DNA of 63,977 bases, filler included, from Globobulimina sp. (GCA_003354225.1; 47 parts of 47 records of this genome joined end to end with filler, not necessarily neighbours in it), one strand, 5' to 3'. Positions 1 through 13,032 are shown, counted from the first letter of the whole stretch. The notes: generated by a model not told the origin, from the letters alone. Made by a program: numbers and translations.

Positions 1-1264
1 TGGTAAACCGCCAATCGCCAATCGAATGACTGATTTTACTGGCTTTCAGTCAATCTCCCACGACTATAGCTATTGTTGCTCGAATTGGATAATATTTTGT
101 TAGCATAAACTCATTATATGGGCTAGGCTATGTTGTGCGAAAATTTCATACACTGTCATGGAAAATTTATAAAGTCATAAAGATTGAAATCGGGACCTTT
201 AGGTGGGACAGCTCGTATAACTTGGACGAAATAATTGACAGATTGGGCCGAATTTTTTCAAATTCTTCAATGCTTCAAGTTTTTAGGTCACCACAAACAA
301 CAATGTAACAACTTGGATCTCTTTCATAATATTAAAATATTCATTCAGTTCAGTGGGTTATTCAGTGGTGCTATAAATTTAGAAAATGAGCGTATATTAA
401 AACTAAATAAAGATACTGTACACCAAATTTTATTCCATGATTTGAATCTCTAGTATAAATGTAATAAATGCGGGTACAGTATTCCTGTTATATTAGCCAT
501 AAAAAGATATTGTTATATTGCGTACATTGCTCCTGTTATGTCACATTGAAGCCAAATTTTTAAATTAGATTTTTCGTTTTCTCAGTAACCTTTTATGCAT
601 TCTTGAAGTACGTATTGATCATATTTACAATGATTTAGCTATATTTCATTTGAATACATGAAAAGTACCTGAACCTGAACACGAAAAATTGTTTTGGCTG
701 AACCTGAGCCCATGTCAAAATTGCCGAACTTGGCCAACAGTAGGTTATTGGCTATACATTTTGGATGGGTGAACAACTGCTTTGTATGTCTTGTCTACAA
801 TACAGAATAACATAATGTATGTACATGTACGTTTACATATATACAGTATTTACGTTGTACTGTAAAGACAGAGTGAGGGTATCTAAGAGTTATTATGATA
901 ATAACCCTTCCAAAAATTATTATTTGATTCCTTTCATTGTCTACTCCCTAAGTAAAGTTTTATTATTTCCAAAATATATCAACTAGTTTTGAAACCTAAC
1001 TTGAACGGGTTGACTGTGTATGGATAAAACAACATTTTATTGCTGATACCTGTTTCAGTCGAGATTTTTCGAGCTTCGAGCGGGCTGGGCCCGGGTCGGG
1101 AAAAATGAATTTGAAATTTCAGACAGATTCATTTGAATTTGAAATTCAGACAGCCCGTTGGAAATTGTTCCAGGCCCGGTCACATTTCGTAAAATGATAA
1201 TAATGTTGCATATAATGCATATCACTAAACCAAGTGATTATTTTCATTCTTCCCCCTCGTGTAC

Positions 1265-1364
1265 NNNNNNNNNNNNNNNNNNNNNNNNNNNNNNNNNNNN
1301 NNNNNNNNTTAATTAATTAANNNNNNNNNNNNNNNNNNNNNNNNNNNNNNNNNNNNNNNNNNNN
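1265..1364. other. Artificial contig linker (first of 46, recurring about every 1363 bp)
   Basis: N44-TTAATTAATTAA-N44 repeats identically through the window. Flanking contig lengths fall monotonically from 1264 to 1262 bp. Confidence 0.99.
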
Positions 1365-1366
1365 AT

Positions 1367-1822
1367 GACATTGAAGTAAAAATATACACACCGCGCAACA
1401 ATTTATTATTTCAAAAGGTAGGTTCCAAATATGACCGACTTAAGCAAAAAATAGATGTTGCAGGCACATATAGAATATGTTTTAATAATGGAATGAGTCG
1501 GTGGACTGCGAAAATTGTTGGTATTGATTTATTGGGTACGCATCGACCTGAAGTTGAACATTATAATCAAATTGCAAAAAAGAGACATTTAAATACTATG
1601 GAACGTGGAATTTATAATATTGCTGCTAAAATTGATGCGATTGGACGACTACAACAATTATCCAATGATATGGAGGAAGTGTATGAGGATACCATCAAAT
1701 CGGCGAATAATGCGGCGTCTTACGTGACGCTTTGCGAATTATTTATTGTTATGGCGGTCTATATTTATCAAATTAGAACTATTCGATCATGGTTTAACAA
1801 AATCAGTAAGTATGGAATTTAA
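1367..1822 (+). CDS. p24/emp24/gp25L (TMED) cargo receptor, 5'-partial
   Basis: The frame is open upstream of the listed ATG and reads DIEVKIYTP...AGTYRICFNNGMSRWTAKIV (GOLD motif GxYxxCFxNxxS). A coiled coil, a C-terminal TM helix ending YQIRTIRSWF and a short tail follow. Confidence 0.9.
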   Translation, partial: DIEVKIYTPRNNLLFQKVGSKYDRLKQKIDVAGTYRICFNNGMSRWTAKIVGIDLLGTHRPEVEHYNQIAKKRHLNTMERGIYNIAAKIDAIGRLQQLSNDMEEVYEDTIKSANNAASYVTLCELFIVMAVYIYQIRTIRSWFNKISKYGI

Positions 1823-2028
1823 AACATATAACTTTCAATATGACAAATCATTTTTTTTTATCTTAAACTGTGTGCAAGGATATCTTCGAACATTTTCAAT
1901 ATATTTTCACGGAGTTCGCACAGTAATTTTGCCAAAAAGCGCAATAATTAATTTATTAAATACATTTACTTATTCTCAAAAAAAAAATATAAGTCATTTA
2001 ACCAGTATATTTTAAAAAACCGTGGACA

Positions 2029-2628
2029 TTATTTTGTTTTAATTCGTTTTGTGGCCGGTGGTGGAACAATTACTTTTTCCTCATCCATTATCTTTCTTTT
2101 TCTTCCTTTCTTTTTTGTGGACGGCTTTGGATTTCTAGATTTTCTCTTCTTTTTAGGCTTAGGTTTTGGTTTTGGATCAATTGACGACATTGATAAGGCC
2201 ATCGCCAATGCGACATCTTCATCCATTGGCATTGCAGCAACTTGTTCTTTTTTTTCATTTTTATTTTTATTTTTATTTCCACTCATTTCAACATCATTAG
2301 CTTCCACCTTTGCAACGGCTTTTTTATTTTTATTTTTCACGGCGATATTTGCAGCATTTTTGCCTTTATTCGATTGTAAATGTCTTAGTCTTAATTGGAT
2401 GTCATAAATACACCGATACATTTCACGAAGCTATGTGCGAAAATATATGCAAATATATATTAAAATATCGGAAAAACGGATGAATAAAATAACTTTTTCA
2501 ATATCATCAACGACAGAATGCGCCTTTTGTGGTGGATCGAGAACGACAGGAATTTGTATTTTGGAATATAATTCTTGCGGGATTCCATATTTTAGAATAT
2601 GTTGAGTGCGTCTTTTGGCTCTCTCTTC
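2029..2628 (-). CDS. Lys-rich nuclear protein C-terminus with a UIM-like motif; 5'-partial, one intron at about 2431-2495
   Basis: DEDVALAMALSMS fits a ubiquitin-interacting motif, and there are NLS-like basic runs. The upstream exon EERAKRRTQH...DDIEK can splice GT..AG to LREMYRC. Confidence 0.55.
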
Positions 2629-3900
2629 NNNNNNNNNNNNNNNNNNNNNNNNNNNNNNNNNNNNNNNNNNNNTTAATTAATTAANNNNNNNNNNNNNNNN
2701 NNNNNNNNNNNNNNNNNNNNNNNNNNNNAAAATTAGGTTTCTCAAACTGGGTATTGGACATTAACATTAATTTTAGATATGGACGCTACAGTGCCTGCCT
2801 TATCATCATATCAAACAAGTACCCCGATGAGACGTGTGTCCTCGATGACAGTATTGAATATGTCTCCTGTGGAAAACATTATCGACATCAGCAGTAGTCC
2901 TGACCAGAAAAAGTGAGATTTTTAAACATTATTCACTATGTACGTAGCTATGCTCTTAAATTATATTGTGCAGGATTTCGCCGCCTCAGAAAAGGTTATG
3001 TGATCGTGCTAGTCCAAAAGATCGACGGTACAGATCAGTTCCTCATAAATCAAGAAACGACAAAAACTCTTCCCCCGATTCTGACTCTGATAAAGATTTT
3101 GTCAGCCATCGAAGTGATATGATGCGACAATCGATGGAAAATACCCTTCACAGTGACAATTCAGAAGGAAATGAGCAACTTCTAAATGTATGTTTTTTGC
3201 AATTTTTTTAAAAACGTCTGTGATCTGATACGATGTATATTGTACATAGGTACTGTGTCAAGTTACAGTATGGCTTTTCCCTTTAGGACCCCCAAAAGTT
3301 GCCATTATTGGACAATAAACCCATAAATTCTTATGACGAAGTAGCATCGCTTATGGCATTTGATGTTGGAAATATGCGCGAAAAAATATGTGAATCAGTA
3401 CCTCAAATTTGTCCATCCCGCTGTGCTGTATACCTGGTTGATTTGACGAAATTAGACCATCCTGAAGACATTAACAAGGACTCATATGGTAGTTAGTAAT
3501 TTTGCATAAAAATAGTTGTCAATGATGATTAATGTAGCTTCCTTTCCCTGTTGTAAACATATTAGTAGTGTAAAATAATATTTGAAAAATTTAGAACAAA
3601 ATATTTTGAGTAATTAATTTTGTGCCAAAAAGTAATACTGTTTTTATGTTATGTCGTCGTGATAACATTGCTTCTTGTTAGTGATATTGTATTATTGTTG
3701 TAGTGTAAAAGAAATTGTATCGTATTATAGAATTTCGCTAAATAATTTGAGTAAATATGTATTTCTGTTCATTACATTTACGTTTCTTGTTATGTAGCTG
3801 TTTTTTAGTGTATTTTTTGTTTTTTTCTTTGAATAAAGTGTATTTAAAAATTTCTTTGCTCCTCTGCTGTCGATTAGAGTTCGGACGCGGTTTTTAAATG

Positions 3901-3955
3901 ACGCCTGCCGACCGACGCGCCGACCGACGCGCCAACCGACGCGCCGACGCGACGA
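3901..3955. repeat. GC-rich tandem repeat, about 12-bp unit (CCGACGCGCCGA)
   Basis: About 4 copies inside otherwise AT-rich DNA. Confidence 0.8.
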
Positions 3956-5242
3956 TTAGTTATTGCCATCAAAAAGTGTGTAGATAAAGATANNNNNNNN
4001 NNNNNNNNNNNNNNNNNNNNNNNNNNNNNNNNNNNNTTAATTAATTAANNNNNNNNNNNNNNNNNNNNNNNNNNNNNNNNNNNNNNNNNNNNATGCCCTA
4101 GTTAGCCCAAAATATTTCCCCAAAAACGCTCGGCTAACTCGGGCGACAGTTTTGACCAACACCACCTTAAGCTAACCCGTGCATATTTTTGCGTGTAAAA
4201 AAAAATGATCATATTTGCCTGACAAACCCTCTCCTATAGTCATACATGTATGATTTTTAATTATTTTTTATAGTCATATATAATTCATTATCTCGGACGA
4301 GATCCCCTTTATTTCATAATCATATCTGAATATATGATTCTGCGTCTTATAGGAGTTAACCCTGTAAAAGAAAAAGTAAAAAATTTGATGGAAAAACATA
4401 TTATTATTACAACGATGAAAGAAAGATTCATGCGCTTATTGATGAACATTATGCAAATATTTGGGAAGGCACTCAAAATATGAATGAAGTTGCGTTAATT
4501 GAGCATGTTAAGACTTTAGGATTGGTTTCAACTCAATTAAGGGATTTTTGCACGTATAAAAACATCAAACCAAGGCAATATTCGGTTAAAAATCTGACAT
4601 TATTATTAGTACAAAACCATATGCATTGACAGAATATAAAGAAGTTTATTTTGGTGTTTTTTTTTCCTGTTTTAACTGGTTGTCAAAACATGTTTTATTT
4701 AAATAATTTATTTTATTTTATTTTCTGCGTTAAAAATTTAACAACAAAAATCACTTTGCGGAACTGGATATATTATCCGCAAACTGGATATATTATCCGC
4801 TTTGCGTGTCCACACTAATAAAAACTGTTCCATGAAACCATGACTCTGCACTTTGACTTTTCCACAAATCTTGTTCCAGTAAACATAGCTGAAACACCGC
4901 AATTCTGTTCCGCAAAAAAGGTGCCGATTTACCAAAGAAACATACAAGATGCTGCAATATATGCAAATAATGGAAATCTTATTGTTGATGCATGCAAATT
5001 TCAGCAGAATGTAACACTAATTTTCAATTCGCAATATCCTCTTGATGTATACAATATATTGTCAGATGAAAAAAACAGAGACCAAAGACCATGCCAGCAT
5101 TGACTTCAGGAAATATTTTGCATAATAAAAGTGTTTGAAACTTCTTCATATCTTCCGTTCTCCCATAAGGCAACTAAATATTGTATTGTAATCTCAAAAC
5201 AAACAAGATCGGAACTTTTGAAAAAAATGAAAATTCCGCAAT

Positions 5243-5356
5243 TTCTAACTTTGTCAAATCGAAGAATTGAAGTCTTTCCTTTTAGAACCTATCTGATTCA
5301 TACAACACACGCACAATACAACAAAGCAAAAGTCAAGCAAAATGACGAAAGAGTCA
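5243..5356 (+). repeat. Dispersed repeat, second copy at about 28940-29051
   Basis: TTTCTAACTTTGTCAA..GAATTGAAGTCTTTCCTTT..GAACCTATCTGATT.ATACAACACAC...CAAAATGACGAAAGAGT occurs in two different contigs. Confidence 0.85.
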
Positions 5357-5457
5357 NNNNNNNNNNNNNNNNNNNNNNNNNNNNNNNNNNNNNNNNNNNN
5401 TTAATTAATTAANNNNNNNNNNNNNNNNNNNNNNNNNNNNNNNNNNNNNNNNNNNNT

Positions 5458-6246
5458 ATTTCTGACACATTGTTAGCAGTCAATAATATCCCATGTTGTC
5501 CAGCTTGCATTGCAAAAGATAGTGATGCTAAAAATGAGGATGGTGATCCTGTTTTGTTTGATAATATAAAATTGACGCCAACAGAATTAAATGCTGCCAT
5601 TGTCAATGAAATGAAACAAAAATGGAAAGTCGATGTTTGTGGATTAAATGTTTGGTTAATTTTAAAACCATCATTGCCATCATTTTGTGATATTATCAAC
5701 ACATTTACTATCGATATGTCAATAAAATTAGGACGAATATTTCAAAGTAGCTTGGATGGTAAACACAAAATAGAACAAATTTCGCAAATATTAGCGGTAA
5801 AACATAAAAAAATGTATAATTTATTTGATGGCAAATTAACCTTTTTTGAAACAAAAAATGTTGGGGTTATTGATTTAAATCGTGTGGTATTTACAGACAA
5901 TGAAAATAAACAAGAAATTGCAGTTTATGGTTTGAATGAGAATTTAATTGCATTTAATTTAACCACTAAAAAACTACAAGCAATGGGACCAGATGGTGTT
6001 GCATTTTTGGATAAAGCCAATAAGTATAAACCTCTCGATGTTACTTCAATTGAGAAATATAAAGATAAAGATGTTGAATTTAAAATATTAGGCATTGAAG
6101 CTTGGGATAATTTATTAAAAGCAAATTTTGTGAATGTTATGATGAAAACGGTTAAAAATTTATCCATTGTCATTCAAAAAATATATCCGAAGGATAACTT
6201 ACCAGTCATACAACAATATACATCTATTACTAAGTTACAAGAATGA
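5458..6246 (+). CDS. Hypothetical protein, 5'-partial
   Basis: Open frame of more than 258 aa. CCPAC near the start may be the end of a RING-like finger. No family recognised. Confidence 0.55.
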   Translation: MSDTLLAVNNIPCCPACIAKDSDAKNEDGDPVLFDNIKLTPTELNAAIVNEMKQKWKVDVCGLNVWLILKPSLPSFCDIINTFTIDMSIKLGRIFQSSLDGKHKIEQISQILAVKHKKMYNLFDGKLTFFETKNVGVIDLNRVVFTDNENKQEIAVYGLNENLIAFNLTTKKLQAMGPDGVAFLDKANKYKPLDVTSIEKYKDKDVEFKILGIEAWDNLLKANFVNVMMKTVKNLSIVIQKIYPKDNLPVIQQYTSITKLQE

Positions 6247-6838
6247 ATTTATATATATATTATAACTTTGTTTGTTTCTTTTTGTATTTTCCGAAGATTT
6301 TGTCTATTTTTTCCGCCTTTTAATATGTGTGTTTTTTAATCTATTAAATTTAATATTTTTTGCATGATATTGGCTGGAGTATGCTTAATTGAATATATTG
6401 GCTGGAGTGTAATACATTGATTTACTTTTCCAACGCAGAACCCATTGTTTAAATGTTTTTTAAATGTTTTGATCTTTACTTAAAAACTTCTTCCACTTCC
6501 TAATCACTTCCTAATTAACTAAAAACCACAGAGAACATTACAATTGGAGGGTGTGACGAGTAGCAACTAGCGATAGTCAAATACAATTCAATTTCAATTA
6601 CAATTTGCAATTCTCATTTCAATTGCTTTGTATCGTTAAGAAGGAGAGAGAATTAATAAAATAATAAAACACAAGTAAAAAGCTGTTATATGGATGCATC
6701 TAAACAAATTCCCCATATATNNNNNNNNNNNNNNNNNNNNNNNNNNNNNNNNNNNNNNNNNNNNTTAATTAATTAANNNNNNNNNNNNNNNNNNNNNNNN
6801 NNNNNNNNNNNNNNNNNNNNGACGGGGAAGATATATTA

Positions 6839-8084
6839 ATGAATGATGAATACAATGAAATAACATTCAAATTATTACCAAAAGCAATTGAGGAATCACC
6901 AGAAACTCACACAATAAGAATTAACAAAGAAATCGAGGGAAACAATGATTGGATACAATTACATGCATTGATTTATGATTATTTATTTAATGGGGAACAA
7001 TGGGGACAAACAGACAATGAATCAGTAAAAATAACAAAACATCGAGATCAAATTATAAAATCTGCACATTTTGACGAAGAGCAACATTATTTATACTATG
7101 GAAGAGATGATATTGATAATATAAAAAAAGGCAGTGATTTTCCCAAATCAATTAATGAAAAGCATATTATTGACTTTCCAATATATCAAATGTTTGAGTT
7201 AATGCAACAGGATAAAGTATTACATTTAGGAATGATATGTGATGCTAATTTTAATTCGAAAATTACAGATTATATCACTGGACAGGGACATCGCCGATTA
7301 ATTATTCAGCAATTACCATTCCATTGGACGGATCCACAAAAATATAATGTCGAAAATCAACAAAGAATTGATTGTTTTATTGTGTTTAAAAAACCATTAT
7401 TCTCAAACGACGATAATAATAATAACAATGTGGATATTTTAGGGAGCTGCAAAGGAGGAGACGGAGACAGTGATATGGACAGAAAAGAAGATGAAATACC
7501 CTATGAACCATTTAATTATCCGCGATATGTATTTGATAAGGGATTAACATCACAATTAAACGAATTACAATGTGAATCGTATTTATATCACATAAGCAAA
7601 CAAATGGTATCATCAATTGCTGGGATTAAAATTACACAAAAACATTTTGAAAATGGAATGGAAATTCGATATTGTCGGAATGATGAAACCTATGAATTGA
7701 ATAAAATTGATAAATGGAAGAAAGTACGGACACAAAATGGTAATAATAATAATAATGATAATACATCAAATTGTAGGCCTAAACCAATAAAAACAATGGT
7801 AATTATTTTTAGTTTTGAAATGCATCAAATCTATACACAATTTCAACGCAATCAGGAAGAGAAAAGAATAAAATTGAAAGAAAGCGGTAAAAAAAGGTCA
7901 TTTAATGAAGCAATGAATGGTGGAAATGCGATTCATATGGATAGGAATAATGGATATAATCCGAGAAAGAGACAGCGACTCAATGATAATATTAATAATG
8001 GTAACAATGGCAATGATATAAGGGATACGTCGCTGCCGCCAAAGTTTCAACCAAAAGAGAGCTTGGCGCGGAGCATTGAGGAAT
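6839..8084 (+). CDS. Hypothetical Asn-rich protein, partial
   Basis: Frame is open across the whole contig (more than 410 aa). No family recognised. Confidence 0.6.
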
Positions 8085-8186
8085 NNNNNNNNNNNNNNNN
8101 NNNNNNNNNNNNNNNNNNNNNNNNNNNNTTAATTAATTAANNNNNNNNNNNNNNNNNNNNNNNNNNNNNNNNNNNNNNNNNNNNTA

Positions 8187-9401
8187 GCAATTATTGATGT
8201 CGAAAATCCGAAATGTATAAATATATTTGATCCGTTTACATCGCAATCTTTGTCTCAGCCCATCAAACATTCCACAAACATTGTACAAATCGCATTAAAT
8301 ACCACATCAAATTCAAATGTACGCAAAATAGCATTCAGAGATAATAATAAAGATTTATTTCTATGCAAAATACATTGCAATGAGTCAGTGTTTAAATTGA
8401 AAACCATCATAGATTCAATCGCATGGCATCCACAGTGTGACATATTATTTGCGTTATGTTCGGCGGACAAACAATTGATTATATGGTACTATCCAGATAT
8501 TGTGTGGTGTGATACGGATTTACTAAAATATTCATACACAACAATTGTTACAAACAATATCACAAATAATGCGAAAATAACATCCATTGAAAATACGTTA
8601 ATAACCATACGAAAAGAAAATGGCGATGAAGAAATCATTAATTTTTCGCCGTTACCATTAACAATGTATGGTATAATACGAGATGGGAAATGGAATAAAG
8701 CGTTAAGACTGTGCCATATTTGTGGAGATAAAGCATTGTGGGCAGCATTGACTGGTTTAGCAATCCATAATTCACAAATTGAGATTGCAATACAAGGACT
8801 AACTGCTTTGCAAGAAGCGGATAAAATATTATTTCTCAAATCCATTCAGAATCTGCCATTGCAAATTCATCGCGATGCAGAATTGGCACTGTATCGGAAA
8901 AATGTAAAATCTGCAGAAAATATTTTGTTACAAAATGATTTGATTTATCGAGTCATTGAATTGAATATACGGCTGTTTAAATTTAAGAGAGCGTTACAAA
9001 TTGCAATTGATTATAAACAAAGTCATCCGCATTTGATTGATATTGTGGTTGGATTTAGAAGTAAATATTTGAAAAATATATGTGATGAACAAAAAGAAGA
9101 TATTGAGTTATTTATCAAATATGAAAAAGAAGATATAAATTGGGATTTAATGAAAGCGAAATGTAAACACGAAATAGATAAAGAATATGAAATGGCTGGA
9201 ATTGAACCAACACAAAATAAAGATCAATACAATTATTTGTCGTTTTTAGAAAATAATAATTTATCTCGGAAACATGGCAGAAAAGAATTAGAATCATTGT
9301 TAGGAATTCATTCAAATATTATTACTCATATACAACATGATCATTATGATAATAGTGATGAGGATGAGGATGATGGAAGCAATGTAATTGACATTGACTG
9401 A
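8187..9401 (+). CDS. IFT80: Intraflagellar transport protein 80, C-terminal half
   Basis: Motifs RKIAFRDNNKDLFL, IIWYYPDIVWCDTDLL, KWNKALRLC, LWAALTGLAI and AENILLQNDLIYRVIELNIRLFKFKRAL match the second propeller and TPR region of IFT80. Confidence 0.93.
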   Translation, partial: AIIDVENPKCINIFDPFTSQSLSQPIKHSTNIVQIALNTTSNSNVRKIAFRDNNKDLFLCKIHCNESVFKLKTIIDSIAWHPQCDILFALCSADKQLIIWYYPDIVWCDTDLLKYSYTTIVTNNITNNAKITSIENTLITIRKENGDEEIINFSPLPLTMYGIIRDGKWNKALRLCHICGDKALWAALTGLAIHNSQIEIAIQGLTALQEADKILFLKSIQNLPLQIHRDAELALYRKNVKSAENILLQNDLIYRVIELNIRLFKFKRALQIAIDYKQSHPHLIDIVVGFRSKYLKNICDEQKEDIELFIKYEKEDINWDLMKAKCKHEIDKEYEMAGIEPTQNKDQYNYLSFLENNNLSRKHGRKELESLLGIHSNIITHIQHDHYDNSDEDEDDGSNVIDID

Positions 9402-9548
9402 CTTTCTTATGTTTTTTGATTTATTTAATGACTGCGAAATTAAAAGTTNNNNNNNNNNNNNNNNNNNNNNNNNNNNNNNNNNNNNNNNNNNNTTAATTAA
9501 TTAANNNNNNNNNNNNNNNNNNNNNNNNNNNNNNNNNNNNNNNNNNNN

Positions 9549-10795
9549 GAGTACCTCAGCCATGCGCTTGTAGTAGACTGCGAAATGGGCGCATGACTAT
9601 ACGTGTAATGATATTGTAACTGTATTGGATATTGATTGTTATGTACAGGCGACATATGTTGCTGTTGTTGTATTGGAAACGGAGCGGAAACATTTCTCTG
9701 TTTAATAGGAACTAATGACGGCCGCTTTTGTTGCGGTTGCTGTGGTCTTGGAACAGGCGCAGAATACATATGCATTGATTTTGGTAACGAGATGATAGAT
9801 CTCTGCGTGTTTAACAATCGGTATTTATACAGTTTTTGATTTAATTGCTTAATGATATAATTTAAGGAAGGTCTCTCCATCGAATTTATGCGCAAACATT
9901 TTGATAACAATAAAAATATATCATCGGGGATATTATATTGCGATAATGACAAATTTTCCTGATTTATTTTAATTTGTGCATCGATATGCGACCTATACTC
10001 ACCGTCGAATGGTATTCGTTGGGTAAATAACTCCCAACTCGCAATACCAAACGAATACACATCAGAGGCAAAGGAGTAGGTTTTATTGGTCATGACCTCG
10101 GGCGGTGTGGTAGCTATTATGTTAAACGTATCAATGTCTACACTGTCGTTGACATTGCCATTGTCGCCGCTGCCATGGTCACTTGTGATTTTTTTAGCTT
10201 GCCCAAAATCGGAAATGACGCATTTTCCGGAAACATCCAGTAAAATATGTTTCGTATTGAAATTTCTGTCCACAATGCCCATTTCATGCAAACGTAGCAA
10301 CCCACAACATGCATATTTTAACATTAACAATGTCGGAACAGTCTGGAATTTCTGTTTCCGGATCGCATCGTAGGCACTGCCATGAGACATTAACTGTTGA
10401 ATGATGCCAAAGGAATTATGTTTCGCATCAAAGGTATACCCATAAATAGTCAAAATATGCGGATGATTTCCTATATTATTACAGGAGATTCTCAGCTCAT
10501 TCTTTAATTTCTTATACGAGTAGTTCGGATCATACATTTTGATGCAAACACGAGATTCCTTCCATTGTCCCTCAAATACGCGACTATGGCCGCCACCGTT
10601 ACCTATCAATTGGATAAATATCAAATCGTTCATATCAATGTATAACGCACTGGACACTGGGCCTAATGACAATAACTTTGCTGTTTTGCTATTCAGCTCC
10701 ACTTCTTTCGCGTCGTACATCTCCTCTTCGTCCTGCAATGTATGCGATGTCTCATGAATTGTATTCAACTCCGCAGCCAACGGATACTGTTCCAA
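9549..10795 (-). CDS. TKL-group protein kinase, probable pseudokinase, partial
   Basis: Has G-loop IGNGGG, VCIK, DFG, PPE and SDVYSFGIASWE. The catalytic loop reads VDRNFNTKHIL instead of HRDLxxxN. Confidence 0.85.
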
Positions 10796-11040
10796 TGACG
10801 CACTAAATATATNNNNNNNNNNNNNNNNNNNNNNNNNNNNNNNNNNNNNNNNNNNNTTAATTAATTAANNNNNNNNNNNNNNNNNNNNNNNNNNNNNNNN
10901 NNNNNNNNNNNNAAGATGAAGAGCAGAAAAGTTGTGATAAAGAGGAAGCTGATTAAATTAAAAAAGCTAAAAATTGTAAATCTTTGTTTTTTATTTATAT
11001 AATATAAATAATAGGTTCATACCAAAATTAAAAACAAGTA

Positions 11041-12117
11041 TTATTTTATGTATATTTTTTTGAAATAATTATATACAATAATACAACAAGTAACATTCAA
11101 TCCCCAGTCACAAAATGTATCATGCGCTTTGCCATTCCAATTTGCTAACAACCCAAATTTATTCACAAAAAAATGAGCGAAAGTATATTCAGACTCACTT
11201 CTTGCTCGATTAAATTGTTTCCAAAATGTTTTTGAAAATTCATTTCGATGTTTATTATTATTTTTTAAACCTGCTGCTATTAATTGTTCATTGACATATC
11301 CTTTATCCGCTAAGCATAGCCATCCGTTTAATATTTTGCTCAAATGATAATAAAATGAGCTTTGATACAACACAACAGTATCATGTTTGGTTGCAGCTTC
11401 ATCTAAATTAAATGCACATACACAGCCGAATCCTCGCTCAATTATAAACAATACATTAAAACACGGATGAAAATGATATTTCCAACTTAATCGTTCAAAA
11501 AATTTCCGACCATTGCATCTTGCATGCTTGCCATCAAATGTAAAGATTGCTGTTGGCATTGGTGCTTTTTTTTTTTTTAATATTTCAACAATTGTTTTTC
11601 GCTCCTCCTCATTGGGGAAACAAATAATATTTGTTCCTGAAAAAATTTCCATGATTGCTGATAATACTTGACGTACATATTTGATGGCAGAACTAGTACT
11701 AATATGATATTCTTTTTTTATTTGTTTCCATCCCAATTTATTATGTATTCGATCTAACCACATGATTAATTTGTTTCTTGCGTGTATTTCTGTTTCTTTT
11801 GGTCTCACTAATTGTATTTTTATTTTTTCAAAAAAATGATTTATTTGTTCCAATGTGTAACCGCAAATTTTACCGTCAATTGATTTTTCTAAAAATAAAT
11901 CATTTTCGAAATAGAAATTCTTTTTCCAACCTTTTCGAGGTAATCCTGTTTTAGTGCTACCAGAACCAAAACTTTGCTTAATATCACACGCTAAGCTCTC
12001 TTCGAAATCATCAAATATTTCTTCCAAATATAATCTTGATGTCACTGTGAGTGTATAAAAAAAAACAAAGTACACGTTATGAGTAAAAAACTCGACAAAT
12101 ACATAAAAAAAATACAA
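11041..12117 (-). mobile_element. PIF/Harbinger (DDE_Tnp_4, HARBI1-like) transposase
   Basis: An HTH-like region is followed by FTFDGKH, HDTVVL, LADKGY and FNRARSESEYTF, the Harbinger DDE pattern. The first about 25 listed residues are probably intronic. Confidence 0.85.
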
Positions 12118-12276
12118 AAATATAAGGATGTGCTATATTTTATACTTTTTAGTTGAAAATCTACCAAATAATCTATNNNNNNNNNNNNNNNNNNNNNNNN
12201 NNNNNNNNNNNNNNNNNNNNTTAATTAATTAANNNNNNNNNNNNNNNNNNNNNNNNNNNNNNNNNNNNNNNNNNNN

Positions 12277-13032
12277 CATTAAATACATTCAATGCCAAAT
12301 TAACTCGTTGTTTACTCCATGGATTAAGATACAAACACGCTTGCGATAATGTTCTATTCGCCAAATATACGGTGGTATCTTTATTATACATATTTAATAT
12401 TTCATCATACTGTGTAACATTTCTAACGTCAACTAACAATGAATCGCGTTCGATTTCCATAGAATTAGCTATGCGTTCAACAATTTGTTCACTAAAAATA
12501 TCAGTCACAATTTCATCTGTAATCTCTAAAGGTATCCCACAACAACCACATAAAATTGATAATATTTTACTTTTTGCCATTTTGGAATCTTTCGGCACTT
12601 CTGTACAATATTATTTGAATGAATGAATAATTTATAAGTAAAAAGATAGTACCGTACTATATTTGAAATAATATTGCAATAATATCTCAATGACTTTTTT
12701 TTGTACTTATTCAATGCTGATGCGGTTGCTACTTTCATCCCTTTATCATTTTGTTGCATTTGCAATATCATATTATCCATACCGTCCAATGCAATCAATT
12801 TAAATTTTAAATTTATATCCTCATCTTTCTGCTCCTTTCGATGCGTTACTGTGGTATGAATAATAATATATTGGTCCGTTTCTTGAGCAATATATGTTGC
12901 TGATTGATTTTGATTGTTAGTTTGTGTCTTGCGTTTTTTATGAGGAGGTGGTAGTTCATTGGTGTTGGATTCATCTGACTGTGGTTCATATGTTATGTTA
13001 TGATTTTGTCTATTTCGGCGCCTGCTTGTCAT
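12277..13032 (-). CDS. Hypothetical protein, probably spliced or frameshifted, 3'-partial
   Basis: Two overlapping minus-strand ORFs (168 aa and more than 105 aa) with a basic, NLS-like N-terminus. Confidence 0.4.

Noticed and set aside
660-1185. CTGAAC repeats and GC-rich GGCCCGG motifs as transposon ends
   Set aside because: They suggest subterminal repeats, but I could not define a TIR pair or TSD.
2051-2407. Hydrophobic plus-strand ORF, and similar antisense ORFs elsewhere
   Set aside because: It is the shadow of the Lys-rich minus-strand gene; Phe/Leu runs are reverse complements of Lys/Asn codons.
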